This document shows positions 23,730 through 35,398 of a DNA stretch of 64,000 nucleotides, one piece after another (the first letter of the stretch is position 1; each line of letters starts with the position of its first letter). Below the pieces are notes generated by a model. It saw only the letters and a list, made by a program, of their open reading frames with translations. It was not told the DNA's origin and did not search any database. Location of the stretch: contig CBDAOC010000018.1 of NCBI GenBank assembly GCA_965197925.1, positions 64,001-128,000 of the forward strand, given 5' to 3'. A program made the translations under genes and the position numbers. The stretch comes from Nitrososphaerales archaeon. Lineage in GTDB: Archaea; Thermoproteota; Nitrososphaeria; Nitrososphaerales; UBA213.

Positions 23730-24236
23730 TTAGAAAATACTTAGTTGTCGAGCAACAGCATATACGGTCTGTTTCAATTCAGGGTCTTTAATGTCATTCA
23801 TCCTCTCCATAAAGACCTTTAAAGCCTCCTCCCTCCTTTGGTCCGAGGGAGATAGAATCACCGAAAATAGCTCAGGAAAACCTTGACGTAACCATGTATC
23901 TATTTCTGTGTATCTCTTCGGCCCAATCTTTATTGGGTTATTGTTAATATCAAGGTAATCATGAAAATTTCCAGAATCTACCTTGTTAAGTAAGATATGA
24001 ATCAAATTATCTGGATGTGGCTCCTTTAACACCTCCGTGGAACGTAGACCACCTTTTCCTGAACGTGTCTTTTCTAAGAGTCCAGTAGGTTTAATGTACA
24101 ATCCAGCTATCTTGATTCTTTTCTCACCAGATGCTTCAACCACACCAATTATTATTTGAATAGAATCGTTTGAACCACTTACCACAAAAACATACTCGCC
24201 TTCTTTGATGACACCCTTCTTTCCCAGACCAAACAT
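23730..24236 (-). CDS. Hypothetical protein
   Basis: 168-aa ORF with ATG and upstream TTTAAATA TATA-like box. Confidence 0.7.
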   Translation of the reverse strand: MFGLGKKGVIKEGEYVFVVSGSNDSIQIIIGVVEASGEKRIKIAGLYIKPTGLLEKTRSGKGGLRSTEVLKEPHPDNLIHILLNKVDSGNFHDYLDINNNPIKIGPKRYTEIDTWLRQGFPELFSVILSPSDQRREEALKVFMERMNDIKDPELKQTVYAVARQLSIF

Positions 24237-25392
24237 GTTATATCAAGTAAAAATTTTGTATTTAAACAGGATGCCCCTTTACCACTTGAGCTGATAATCC
24301 TTAAATATCCATTTTTGAGGAGAATTATACAATAGTGCGTAACCCAATCCTATGGTAAAAACAATGCCAAGAATTTGACTCCCTAACATACTTACTACCG
24401 TTAGCATGAAACGGTCTACTAGTGGTTATATGTATACTAAATTTATTCTTCATTTAGAGCCTTGGCAAATATCTTTCCTTATACTTTCAAAGTTCTAATA
24501 TCTTCTCAAGCCATTCCAACAAGGTCTTTAATCACAGTAATTGTATTCATCAAATCTACCAACCCATTTTCGAACTATTTTTTAACTTTTTACCATGCCT
24601 ATTATATCATGTATAAGCATCACCAGATAGAATTCCAAAACTATTTCAAAGAATTAGATAACTTCTAGACAAATACCTGAACAACAATAGAGCATAATCT
24701 TTGTCATAATATTAATCTTTTTTTTAAAATCTTTCAAAGCAATTTCTGTGAAGAAAGTCCAGTTTTAATGCTATTGATAATTAACCATGATTGAGTGAAG
24801 GTGTTAAAAGGATATCCTATCAGATATTTTTAATTATGATATATAGAGTTTATTTACAATCCACAATAACTGGTTTCTATAAGGTATATTCTGATTGGAC
24901 TCGAAGTCCAAGCCATCTATCCCACCACGAATATACATCTGGGTTAGCCTTGTATTGGCCTCAATTATATTTGATCATGATCATTTTTCTTCTATGCAAG
25001 CCTTATTCCAAAAAGATATACTAGCTAATTCTTCAGTTGTTTTACAACATTCAGGTGCAAATACCGTTATCTTCAATAGTTTCCATGAGTTATCTTCTTC
25101 ATTACTTACATTTTTAATGTTACTTTAAGTAAGGTGATATTAACAATCAAACTGATCAGTTCCGTAATAATCATATAGATCAAAAACCGATTTATTAAAG
25201 TAATGAGGATTATCTTTTAAACAATTCGTAAGAATAGTAAGTTGTTTGGGACTGGCACAAACTTTTTTGGTCAAGCATCGGGTTAAGGTTATAGTCATCA
25301 ATTTATTATATCATCATTCTAAATTTAGTATAATTAGTTAATGCTTCAATCATAACATTCCTCGCAAAAGGATTAATAACATAAAATACACT

Positions 25393-28113
25393 TTGTTAAA
25401 TAAATTGACGGAAAAAGATGAGCTTGTTACTCGTTTCTCCTCAGAGCCGGATAAATACTATAGGGTTGAGTTATTTGATAATCTTGGGTTCGAAAGGAAA
25501 GGCTGTCACCTCTGTGGTAGATACTTCTGGAGTATCGAAATTAAGGAAAGGTGCCCAAACTGTGAGCCTTATACATTTATCGGAAATCCTCCTACGAGCA
25601 AAAGATTGGATTATGTCAAAGCTTGGCAGGAAATTGAAAAATTTTTTACTAGCCACAATCATACTAGTATAAAACGATACCCTGTTGTTTGCAGATGGCG
25701 CGAAGACCTCTTTTTCACCGTAGCTTCTATAGTTGATTTTCAGCGTGTAATAGGAGGAAAGGTTGTTTTCGAAATGCCGGCCAATCCGTTAATTGTGCCA
25801 CAGGTTTGTTTGCGCTTTAACGATATTGAGAATGTAGGTGTAAGTGGTAAACACTATACATCATTTTGCATGATCGGCCAACATAGCATCGCTAATGAGC
25901 AGGGTTACTGGAAAGATCGTTGTGTCGAACTTGATTTCAATATGCTAACACAAGGATTGGGAATAAGCAAGGAAGAAATCGTTTTTGTTGAAGATGTGTG
26001 GTTAGGTTATGGTGCTTTCGGTTATTCCCTTGAATATTTTGTAAGAGGCCTTGAGCTTGGCAATGCTGTTTTCACGGAATTTGAAGGAACCCCCAAAAAA
26101 CACCTGGAAATGAAAGAGAGAATCATCGATATGGGTGCAGGTCTTGAGCGCTTTTCATGGATAACCATGGGTACACCAACAAGTTACGATTGCTGCTTTG
26201 GACCTTTGATAAATAAACTATTTGACAATATTGGGATAGATTATAATAATGAGATTCTATCGAAATATTTTACCGTAATATCTAGCAGACTGGAAGAAAT
26301 CGAAGATATCAAAGAACTCAAGTCCATAGCAGTGAAGGAATTGAAGTTAAGTTATGAGGAGTTGGAGAATATGGTTGTACCCATAGAGGCTGTTTATACT
26401 TTAGCAGATCATACTAGAACCCTTTTATTCGCTATATCTGATGGTGCGTTACCAAGTAATGTTGGCGGTGGATATAACTTACGTGTTATATTACGACGTG
26501 CAATTTCTACACTCCATAGATTAGGATGGGAAATCAAATTGCAAGATATCGCTGATATGCATATAGATTATTTGAAGACTATTTATCCTGAGCTAGAAGA
26601 GCATAGAGATGAAGTTAAAGCTATCCTAGGCATAGAGATAAACAGATATCATGAATCAACAAAAAGAATGAAATCAATCACAAACAATTTAGCCGCCAGA
26701 AAGGACCAGTTAAGCGACGGGGAATTGATAAAACTTTATGAATCTGATGGGATAACGCCCGATTTTCTGAAAGAGTATGGTGCTATAAACCATATTCCGT
26801 CGAATTTTTACACCAAATTAGCCGGACTTCACGCTGAACATGCATTACAGGAAGCACCTAAACCCAAAGTCCCTATGGAGGAAGTTCAAGCAACAAGGAT
26901 GTTATTCTATGAGGATCAGAAGATGACTAATTTTGAAGCTAAGATTGTACAAATAATTGAAAAGTATGTTGTACTAGATAAAACTGCTTTTTACCCAAGA
27001 GGAGGAGGCCAAGAACCAGATCATGGCTTGATCGCGGATGCCATGGTTACTGATGTTGTCAAACAGGGTAATGTTATCCTACATGAAGTGATTAATGGAA
27101 ATTTGAAGACTGGTTCTTCTGTAAAATGTGTTGTTGACCCCATAAGAAGAGGACTTCTAAAACAACATCATACTGCAACACACGTGTTAAATTCCGCTGC
27201 ACGCAATGCTCTGGGCTCGTGGGTGTGGCAGCATTCTGCATTCAAGGAACACGATTATGCAAGGCTTGACATTACGCATCACTCGCCCCTTACACATGAT
27301 GATATAAATAAAATAGAAAATTTCTCTAACAAAACAATTCAGGCAAACCTCCCGGTTGGTATAAAGATATTTGACAGAACACAAGCAGAATCCCTCTATA
27401 GTTTCAGGATCTACCAAGGAGGTTATGTTCCCAGTAGCAAGATCAGGATTGTAAACATCGAAGGATGGGATATCGAAGCATGTGCGGGAACTCATGTTGA
27501 AAGAACAGGAGAAATTGGTATGTTGAAGATCATAAAAGCAGAACGGATTCAAGACGGTGTAGTCAGATTGGAATTTGTAGCTGGCCAAGCCGCACTTCAA
27601 TATGCGCAAACACAAGAGGAACAACTGAATAAGATAGCACGATCTTTGGGCTCGAGTAAACATAGGTTGGTCGAATCTTTTCAAAAGCTTTTGAACGAGG
27701 TAGAAGTATCAAGAAAAAAACTTAAGACTACTATAAAGAAGCTATCCCCTGTAATTGCAAAAGATATCATCCAAAATGCAAAACACCATGAACAAATTAA
27801 GATATACAGCGTATATGAAGAGGAGTTAGATGAGGAGTATCACATTACTATCGGTGACCAGGCAATTCTTATTGAACCCCTGCTGGTTTATTGTGCATTA
27901 ATTTCAACAGTACAAGGAATCCGTGTCATAGTCTTTGTTGGTAAAGAGGCAAGGAATATCGGCATAAGAGCTGATAAGATAGCCAAGAAGGTAGCAGGAA
28001 ATCTTGGTGGATCTGGTGGAGGCGACGAAAGATTCGGTCAAGGAGGAGGGAAATCTGTTAAAATGTTCAAGGATACTTTTCTTGATATAGAAAACATTTT
28101 GTACGAGGACTAA
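25393..28113 (+). CDS. alaS: Alanine--tRNA ligase
   Basis: YPVVCRWR, ASIVDFQ, GLELGNAVF, DHTRT, HTATH, EACAGTH editing domain. Confidence 0.97.
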   Translation: MLNKLTEKDELVTRFSSEPDKYYRVELFDNLGFERKGCHLCGRYFWSIEIKERCPNCEPYTFIGNPPTSKRLDYVKAWQEIEKFFTSHNHTSIKRYPVVCRWREDLFFTVASIVDFQRVIGGKVVFEMPANPLIVPQVCLRFNDIENVGVSGKHYTSFCMIGQHSIANEQGYWKDRCVELDFNMLTQGLGISKEEIVFVEDVWLGYGAFGYSLEYFVRGLELGNAVFTEFEGTPKKHLEMKERIIDMGAGLERFSWITMGTPTSYDCCFGPLINKLFDNIGIDYNNEILSKYFTVISSRLEEIEDIKELKSIAVKELKLSYEELENMVVPIEAVYTLADHTRTLLFAISDGALPSNVGGGYNLRVILRRAISTLHRLGWEIKLQDIADMHIDYLKTIYPELEEHRDEVKAILGIEINRYHESTKRMKSITNNLAARKDQLSDGELIKLYESDGITPDFLKEYGAINHIPSNFYTKLAGLHAEHALQEAPKPKVPMEEVQATRMLFYEDQKMTNFEAKIVQIIEKYVVLDKTAFYPRGGGQEPDHGLIADAMVTDVVKQGNVILHEVINGNLKTGSSVKCVVDPIRRGLLKQHHTATHVLNSAARNALGSWVWQHSAFKEHDYARLDITHHSPLTHDDINKIENFSNKTIQANLPVGIKIFDRTQAESLYSFRIYQGGYVPSSKIRIVNIEGWDIEACAGTHVERTGEIGMLKIIKAERIQDGVVRLEFVAGQAALQYAQTQEEQLNKIARSLGSSKHRLVESFQKLLNEVEVSRKKLKTTIKKLSPVIAKDIIQNAKHHEQIKIYSVYEEELDEEYHITIGDQAILIEPLLVYCALISTVQGIRVIVFVGKEARNIGIRADKIAKKVAGNLGGSGGGDERFGQGGGKSVKMFKDTFLDIENILYED

Positions 28114-28118
28114 ATATC

Positions 28119-31010
28119 ATGCCATTAGATTGGAAAGCCATACAAGATAAGTGGAGGAAACGATGGGATGTTGAAAAAATATTTGAGGCAGAACCAAAAG
28201 AAAACAGGAAGAAATATTTTGTGACCGTAGCATACCCATATCCCAATTCTCCTCAGCATGTAGGACATGGTAGAACGTATGCCTTGGCCGATGTACATGC
28301 CAGATACATGCGGATGCAAGGGTACAATGTATTATTCCCAATGGGGTTCCATTATACTGGTACACCGATTCTTGCAATGTCTAAACGTGTTCAAATCAAA
28401 GATCGTGATTTGATAAATACTTTTATAAAAATATACAAAGTTCCAGAAAATGAGATTGAAACTTTTGTTAAGCCAATAAATATAGCCAAATATTTTCATA
28501 ATGAGATCAAGCTTGGAATGAAAGAGATGGGCTTTGCTATCGACTGGAGAAGAGAATTTACTACTGTAGACAATGCTTATACGAAATTCATAGGATGGCA
28601 ATTTAGAAAATTAAAAGAGAAGGGTCTTGTTGTTCAGGGTTCACATCCGGTGGGATGGTGTCCAAACGATGGCAACCCGGTAAGTCAACACGATACTTTA
28701 GGTGATGTCGAACCAGAATTTACAGAATATACATTGATAAAATTTGAATTAGAAGGGAACATAGTTCTTACTGCCACGCTAAGACCAGAGATGATATTTG
28801 GGGTCACTAATTTATGGATAAACCCGGAAGGAGAATATGTGAGAGCTAGGATAGATGGAGAATATTGGATGATTAGTGTCAAATGTGCTGAAAAGTTAAG
28901 GTTTTTGAACAGGAATGTAGAAATAAAAAATACCTTTAAAGGAAAGGAACTTGTGGGCAAAAAAATAATGGTCCCAATTGTGAATAAGAAAGTTACAATA
29001 TTTCCTGCTGGTTTTGTTGAACCTAAAGACGGAACTGGGATTGTTATGTCTGTGCCTGCCCACGCACCAGACGATTATCAGGCTCTCGAAGATCTAAAGA
29101 AAAATCAAATATTATTAGAAAATTTCATGCTAGATTATGAACAGTTGGAAGCTATAAAACCTATAGTTATAATCGAATCGGAGGGATATGAGGGTATACC
29201 AGCTGCGGTCGCAATCAACAAGTTCACCTCGAAGATACAGGATGAATCTAACCTACAAGATGCTACTTCCAGTTTATACTCACATGAGTACCACAAAGGT
29301 AAGATGTTGGATAATACAATGCAGTATTCTGGGATGAAGGTAGTTGAAGCAAGGGATAAAGTAAATGATGAGTTACAAAATAAATTTGCTGATACAATGC
29401 TCGAGTTAAACACCCCTGTGACATGTAGATGTGGTGCCGAATGTACTGTAAAAATACTAAACGATCAATGGTTCATAAATTACTCCGATTCTGATTGGAA
29501 GTCGTCTACACACGAATGCATAGACGGAATGGAATTAATTCCATTCGAGATGAGAACTGAATTCAACTATACTGTTGATTGGTTGAAAGAGCGAGCTTGT
29601 GCGAGAAAATCTGGATTGGGGACTGAACTACCATGGGATACAGAGTGGGTAATTGAGAGTCTTTCGGATTCTGTGATATACATGGCATACTATATTATCG
29701 CAAAATACATCAATGATCATTCTTTAAGCAATACTAAATTTAAGGATCTTTTTTTTGATTATATTTTTCTAGGCAATGGCATTGCCGAAGAAGTAGCGAA
29801 ATCATGTAATATCTCCGTTGAGTTGTTAGATAGGATCAGATATGATTTTGAATATTTTTATCCGGTAGATACGAGACATTCTGGTAGGGATTTGGTTGCA
29901 AACCATCTCTCATTCTTCGTCTTCAATCATACAGCAATATTCACAAAACCAAAATGGCCGAAACAAATAGTAGTTAATGGAAGTATTCTAATGGAAGGTA
30001 AGAAAATGTCAAAATCAATGGGTAACATAATACCCTTGAGGAGTGCTGCACATGACCATGGAGCTGATGCAATACGCATATCAATGTTGATAGCGTCCGA
30101 GCTACTTCAGGATGCAAATTTTACCCTTGACTCAGTAAAGGGTGCTAGGGAAAGACTGGAACGAATTTACAATATGTGTGTACGATTTAAAAAGAAAGAT
30201 TTAGACCAACTAGAACCTGAAGATAGATGGATGCTCAGTAAATTGCATCATGTAATCGAAAGTACGACAATCGCTATGGAAAAACTTAGGGTTAGAGAGG
30301 CTCTTCATAATATAATAAATTCTATGGATCAGGACGTACATTGGTATCTTAAACGTGCCTCCGCCAAAGAAAGAAATGAGCAATCCATATCTGCGGTGAT
30401 GAAGGGAGTACTTGATAATAGAATTAGATTGCTAGCACCGTTTGCACCCTTTATAAGTGAAGAGATGTGGGAAATCCTAGGAAACAAAAATTCAATTATA
30501 TCTGCCAACTGGCCAAAAGTGGATCCGACAAGAATTGATTATACTTCTGATGAATCTGAGATTATTATTATGAATTTACTTGTTGACGGAAAGAATATAA
30601 TAAAAATTACTAAAATTAAACCAAAGAAAATCTTCATTTATGTTGCTTCAGAATCCAAGTGGAACGTTTACAATAGAATACTAAATGCAATAATAGAGGG
30701 GATGACAAATTTTGGTGAAATAATGAAGTTGCTTCATTCTAGTCAGCCTAATAGCAAGATAGAGTGTACTCCGGCTATGGTGAAGCGAATGATTGAAGAT
30801 GCTTTATCTGTTCCCTATGATTCTAGACTTAGAAAGGCAAACATATTGTGGTTGGATGAATCAAAAATTTTAAATGATGCTAAAAGTTTATTGGTCAGAG
30901 AATTTGATGCAGAAATTGTCATATACAACGAGAACGATTCAGAAAGAATAGACCCGAAGAAGAAAGCTACCATGGCACGTCCATACAAACCCGCACTCTA
31001 TATTGAATAA
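28119..31010 (+). CDS. leuS: Leucine--tRNA ligase
   Basis: PYPNSPQHVGH (HIGH), ATLRPE, GTGIVMSVPAHAP, KMSKS. Confidence 0.97.
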   Translation: MPLDWKAIQDKWRKRWDVEKIFEAEPKENRKKYFVTVAYPYPNSPQHVGHGRTYALADVHARYMRMQGYNVLFPMGFHYTGTPILAMSKRVQIKDRDLINTFIKIYKVPENEIETFVKPINIAKYFHNEIKLGMKEMGFAIDWRREFTTVDNAYTKFIGWQFRKLKEKGLVVQGSHPVGWCPNDGNPVSQHDTLGDVEPEFTEYTLIKFELEGNIVLTATLRPEMIFGVTNLWINPEGEYVRARIDGEYWMISVKCAEKLRFLNRNVEIKNTFKGKELVGKKIMVPIVNKKVTIFPAGFVEPKDGTGIVMSVPAHAPDDYQALEDLKKNQILLENFMLDYEQLEAIKPIVIIESEGYEGIPAAVAINKFTSKIQDESNLQDATSSLYSHEYHKGKMLDNTMQYSGMKVVEARDKVNDELQNKFADTMLELNTPVTCRCGAECTVKILNDQWFINYSDSDWKSSTHECIDGMELIPFEMRTEFNYTVDWLKERACARKSGLGTELPWDTEWVIESLSDSVIYMAYYIIAKYINDHSLSNTKFKDLFFDYIFLGNGIAEEVAKSCNISVELLDRIRYDFEYFYPVDTRHSGRDLVANHLSFFVFNHTAIFTKPKWPKQIVVNGSILMEGKKMSKSMGNIIPLRSAAHDHGADAIRISMLIASELLQDANFTLDSVKGARERLERIYNMCVRFKKKDLDQLEPEDRWMLSKLHHVIESTTIAMEKLRVREALHNIINSMDQDVHWYLKRASAKERNEQSISAVMKGVLDNRIRLLAPFAPFISEEMWEILGNKNSIISANWPKVDPTRIDYTSDESEIIIMNLLVDGKNIIKITKIKPKKIFIYVASESKWNVYNRILNAIIEGMTNFGEIMKLLHSSQPNSKIECTPAMVKRMIEDALSVPYDSRLRKANILWLDESKILNDAKSLLVREFDAEIVIYNENDSERIDPKKKATMARPYKPALYIE

Positions 31011-31225
31011 ATGATTATTGTTGATTGTGTGCAAATACCTTTATGATATTGCGAAGGTTTGCATAAGAGTTGATGGTTCATATCAAGTAAATAGACTTGA
31101 CGAACAATACGATGTAATTGGCTTTGAAACATTGGACAAAGAAAATTAGCACTTCCTATGCTTGTGGGGTAAGTCTATCCATCAAACTTGTTAGAAGATG
31201 TGATCCTGACTTCAAAGGTTATATA

Positions 31226-32099
31226 CAACTCATCTCAAAACTAACCATTTAGACAATTTTTAGCGACCATTTAGATCCATGAATAGCGACATCTAAAATT
31301 ATTTTATGAAATTCCAAGAATTATCAGACAAACAGTGGAGTATGATGGAATCACACATACCACCACATGCAAAAACTGGCAGGCCTAGGGATTATGATAG
31401 AAAAATCATTAACGGAATAATCCATGTTCTAACTACTGGATGCCGATGGGACGATATGCCAAAAAGATATGGTGATGATTCTACTGCAAACAGAAGGTTA
31501 AACAAATGGCAACAAAAAGGAATCTGGAAAAAGATTCTATCACGTACTATTCACTCAGCACATAAATCTGGCAAAATTAATCTACAAAAAATATCAGTTG
31601 ACTCTTCATCCATTCCTGATAAAAAAGGGGCAATGTAACTGGATATAATGGATTCAAGAGAATAACAGGTACAAAAATACATGCCGCAGTAGAGAGTAAC
31701 GGATTTCCAATATCCATACTGTTGAGTCCAGCAAATGAACATGACAGTACAAAATGCATGGATGTTACAGGATCAATTTCAGACTATCTTGATGATGATT
31801 CAATACAACAGATAGAATCAGTTTATGCAGACAAAATGATGCAAAATACATCAGAATGTATTTGTGGGATAGAAATATTGCATGTTGCATCCCATACAAA
31901 ATAAATTCCAAGTTCATCTTGCAAAATAATGATTGCAAACATTGCAACAAGACAAGATTTGTAGTTGAGAGATTCCTTGCATGGCTCAAGAATGGATTTC
32001 ACAGAACAAGAACCAGGTATGAAAGAACGGCAGAAAACTACCTGGCATTTGTTAATCTTGCATCATTTTTGATGTATTGTAGGGTTTTGAGATGAGTTG
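31226..32099 (+). mobile_element. IS5-family (IS427-like) element, copy A, defective
   Basis: Perfect 16-bp TIR CAACTCATCTCAAAAC; orfA 31306-31638 ending at A6G4 slippery site; orfB frameshifted at ADK(GYD). Confidence 0.92.
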
Positions 32100-32211
32100 A
32101 CCGGTTTATTTCTGACCTAAATATTCTTGACAAACAAGTCACACCGGTGGCACTCACAATAGAGTTCAAGTCCTTCACATACTTACACAATCTATGCAAG
32201 GTGTTAAAGAA

Positions 32212-32828
32212 CTAGGTTTTTCTAGAGAATACGAGGTAAAGACTAGCAGGATCTTCCACGTCTTCCATAATCTCATCAATGTTGAAACCCCGCATTAAAC
32301 CCATCATGTCTTTTTTACTGAATAATCTGATCTCAAAACCATTTACATCATAAACTCCACCAGAAACTTGTCTTCCCTTACCATAGAACTTGTCCTTATC
32401 ACTTCTAACAGAAAAGAAATGTAACCCTCCAAGTTTTAGAACTCTCTTCACCTCATTAAACAATAATACCAACTCTTCATGTGTGAAATTCATGCTGAAA
32501 AACATATGTGAATAAACAGCCTCGAATTCTTGGTCTTGGTAAGGAAGCCCGGTTTTGGCGTTATGCACCATTGCACTTATGGGAAGTGTATGTACTTTGG
32601 CCTGTTTAACAACGGCATTTATTGCAACTTCAGAGTAATCGAATGTCTTAACATCGATTCCATTTGAGGCAAAAAAATGCCATCTCTTCCTTGACCACAT
32701 CCAAATTCTAGAAGTCCCTTAATATCATTTCTTTTCATACGCTGGTAGCATAATAATGCAAAGCGACTTGGTTCTTCGCCAAAAAAGGAAGAATCCTTGT
32801 CATATACTTTGTTCCAGACTTTCTTCAT
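32212..32828 (-). pseudogene. Class I SAM-dependent methyltransferase, frameshifted
   Basis: LEFGCGQGRD (32619-32828) continues in another frame as FASNGIDV..FDYS (32212-32700); shift at a T7 run (32670-32677 region). Confidence 0.8.
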
Positions 32829-33192
32829 TTAAGATATGTATACATCCTCTTAATTTTTAGATTTTGTTCTGCTAAAACAGGTATTAACATATTTCACATG
32901 CCCAAGAAGCGCAATCATATTCAAATGAATTAGAAGAAGCAAAATTACTGGAGTAGAAGGGATTTGGTAATGTAACTAGAGGTTATAGAAAAACGATATT
33001 TAAGAAATGAAGTTTCCCAATTGAACATATTCGATATCTACTAGACTAGCCAAAAAGGTTTAGGTTATGTAGCAAAAAACGGTCCATGATGTTGAAGTGA
33101 TGTGATACTATTGTCACACTTAAAATAGATTCTAGCCCATCGCCGAATAGATTTACATTCGTAAGATTAGGCAGAGCCAGACGCTTATTATT

Positions 33193-34824
33193 CTAGGTTT
33201 TAGCATAGTTAGGATGAAGCCGTATAGCAATATTATAACATCTGATAGCTTGTTCATGATTGCCTAAATTATCTAGTGATATACTTTTGTTATACCAGGC
33301 TTTAACATAGTTAGGATGAAGAAGTATAGCTTTATCATAACACTCGATAGCTAGATGATGATTACCTAAATTATTCAGAGATATACCTTTGCCATTCCAT
33401 GCTTTAGCATCATTAGGATTAAGCCGTATAGCTTTATCATAACACTCGATAGCTTGCTGATGATTACCTAAATTGGTTAGGACAAAAGCTTTGTTATACC
33501 ATGCTTTGGCATCATTAGGATTAAGCCGTATAGCTTTATCATAACATTTGACAACTTCCTGAAATTTACCTAAATTATATAAAGTAATACACTTGTTGTT
33601 CCAAGCATCAATATAATTGGGATTAAGCCGTATAGCTTTATCATAACACTCGATAGCTTGCTGATATTTACGTAAATTATCTAGAGATATACCTTTGTTA
33701 TTCCATGCTTTAGCATCATTAGGATTAAGCCGTATAGCTTTATCATAACACTCGATAGCTTGCTGATATTTACGTAAATTATCTAGAGATATACCTTTGT
33801 TATTCCATGCTTTACCATGATTAGGGTCTATATCTAGTACCTTATCATAATACGTGATAGCTTCCTCATATCTGCCTAAACTAGCAAGAGCTAAGCCTTT
33901 GTTATACAATGCGTGAGTATACTTCGGATCTATATCTAGTACCTTATCATAATACGTGATAGCTTCCTCATATCTGCCTAACTTATCAAGAGCTAAGCCT
34001 TTGTTATACAATGCATAAGCACGCCTAGGATCTTGTTCAGGAATGCGATCGTAATGTTCAATGGCTTTTTCATAATTATTTGAATAATAGAAGAAGTTTC
34101 CTAGTCTTAGAATATAATCACTATCTAGCGATACTTTTTCACGTAGTCTTTCTAGTTCTAATCTTAATTCTGCAATCTGTTTATCGCGTTTACCAATCTC
34201 AAGTTGCATTTCTTTTGGTACTTCTATTTTTTCTTCTTCCCTCAGCTCAATTATAATTCCCAACTTATCGAAATCTTGATTTTGGACTTGTTTATGTTCT
34301 ATTAGTTTTTGCAAAATTACATTTGCTTTCTGATTAATTTCTTCCACATCTTGTTGAGTTTCCCCAGCTGTTTTCTTAATTTGGTCAACCGTACCCTTTA
34401 TTTGGATAACTTCATCCATTAGTTCATATAATTTCTTATTAGTATCGTCACCAGTACTTATTAGAATATCTCGAATTGTTTTGACCATGGTTTCTTTAGC
34501 CACAATCTTCTTGACATCATCAATTTCCACTAGAATGCTGTCCAATTGTATGGTGATTTGATTATAGTGCTGCTCACCTTGTCCCTCAAGATTATTGAAA
34601 TAATCTAATACCTCCTTGGTCTTATCCTCTCCAGAACCCTCACAACTGTTATAAATATAGTCTGCTATAATGTTAAAAGGAGGAAAGAATAAGGGAATCG
34701 CTATTCTCTTTATGGCATTGTCTAACTTAGCATAATCATTTTTAAATTCTTTAATCTTAGTTCCCGCGTCTTGTTTGAAATCATTCAGTGCTTTTGTAAA
34801 TGCATTAAATGATGGAAATCTCAT
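33193..34824 (-). CDS. TPR-repeat protein with N-terminal coiled-coil region
   Basis: About 9 34-aa TPR units (AWNNKGISLDNL..YQQAIECYDKAIRLNPN); 102-bp DNA periodicity. Confidence 0.9.
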   Translation of the reverse strand: MRFPSFNAFTKALNDFKQDAGTKIKEFKNDYAKLDNAIKRIAIPLFFPPFNIIADYIYNSCEGSGEDKTKEVLDYFNNLEGQGEQHYNQITIQLDSILVEIDDVKKIVAKETMVKTIRDILISTGDDTNKKLYELMDEVIQIKGTVDQIKKTAGETQQDVEEINQKANVILQKLIEHKQVQNQDFDKLGIIIELREEEKIEVPKEMQLEIGKRDKQIAELRLELERLREKVSLDSDYILRLGNFFYYSNNYEKAIEHYDRIPEQDPRRAYALYNKGLALDKLGRYEEAITYYDKVLDIDPKYTHALYNKGLALASLGRYEEAITYYDKVLDIDPNHGKAWNNKGISLDNLRKYQQAIECYDKAIRLNPNDAKAWNNKGISLDNLRKYQQAIECYDKAIRLNPNYIDAWNNKCITLYNLGKFQEVVKCYDKAIRLNPNDAKAWYNKAFVLTNLGNHQQAIECYDKAIRLNPNDAKAWNGKGISLNNLGNHHLAIECYDKAILLHPNYVKAWYNKSISLDNLGNHEQAIRCYNIAIRLHPNYAKT

Positions 34825-34903
34825 CTACATTTCATAAAATTATATCTTAACGGATAAAGTTTATGGGATTACCTTCCTCAGCCCTCAAAGAATCCAATAC
34901 GGT

Positions 34904-35221
34904 TTGAGACCATTTATGAAGCGGTCTATAAGAAAATTAATGGCTGCAATGGAACATGGAATTATAGGAACATTCAATGTGATGCCTATCGATGAGCTGA
35001 AAAAACAACTCTCAAATTGGGTTGAAAAGATGAATACTCTCAACGAAGAAAGCATAGCGGTATTAGGACCTAAGAGAGCATTCAGAGATAAATCTGTAAG
35101 TTCAAACCTTGAGAATAATGTTGGATCTAGATTGCCTGACAATATCCGCCAAGAAATTTCAAAATTCCAAGGAATTGATGAAGATGAAATGAAAAAGGCA
35201 ATTGATATCATGAAAGAATAA
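34904..35221 (+). CDS. Hypothetical protein, possibly a gene fragment
   Basis: 105-aa ORF, no recognised motif. Confidence 0.4.
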   Translation: MRPFMKRSIRKLMAAMEHGIIGTFNVMPIDELKKQLSNWVEKMNTLNEESIAVLGPKRAFRDKSVSSNLENNVGSRLPDNIRQEISKFQGIDEDEMKKAIDIMKE

Positions 35222-35373
35222 AAATGTGACTACGGGAATTTCATGGCTTTTATCGAGAAATCAAAAAAATAGACAGGAATGTCTGAACTGAAAAATATGG
35301 TTGTAGGGGTTGTCTAGCCACCACAATGGCTTACTGCCTTAATATTATTCGTCTAGAGGTGTCTGAACCCACT

Positions 35374-35398
35374 GTGGGTTCAAATCCCACCGAGCCCG
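35374..35398 (+). other. Orphan tRNA 3' fragment / tRNA-like relic
   Basis: GTGGG-TTCAAAT-CCCAC T-arm followed by CGAGCCCG; upstream sequence does not complete a cloverleaf. Confidence 0.6.

Noticed and set aside
31020..31225. Possible TnpB fragment (LDEQYDVIGFETLD)
   Set aside because: One short motif only; no zinc finger or further RuvC motifs
33193..34100. TPR repeats as a CRISPR array or diversity-generating retroelement
   Set aside because: Repeats are contiguous, in-frame 102-bp coding units without spacers; differences are not limited to adenines; no cas or reverse transcriptase gene in the window
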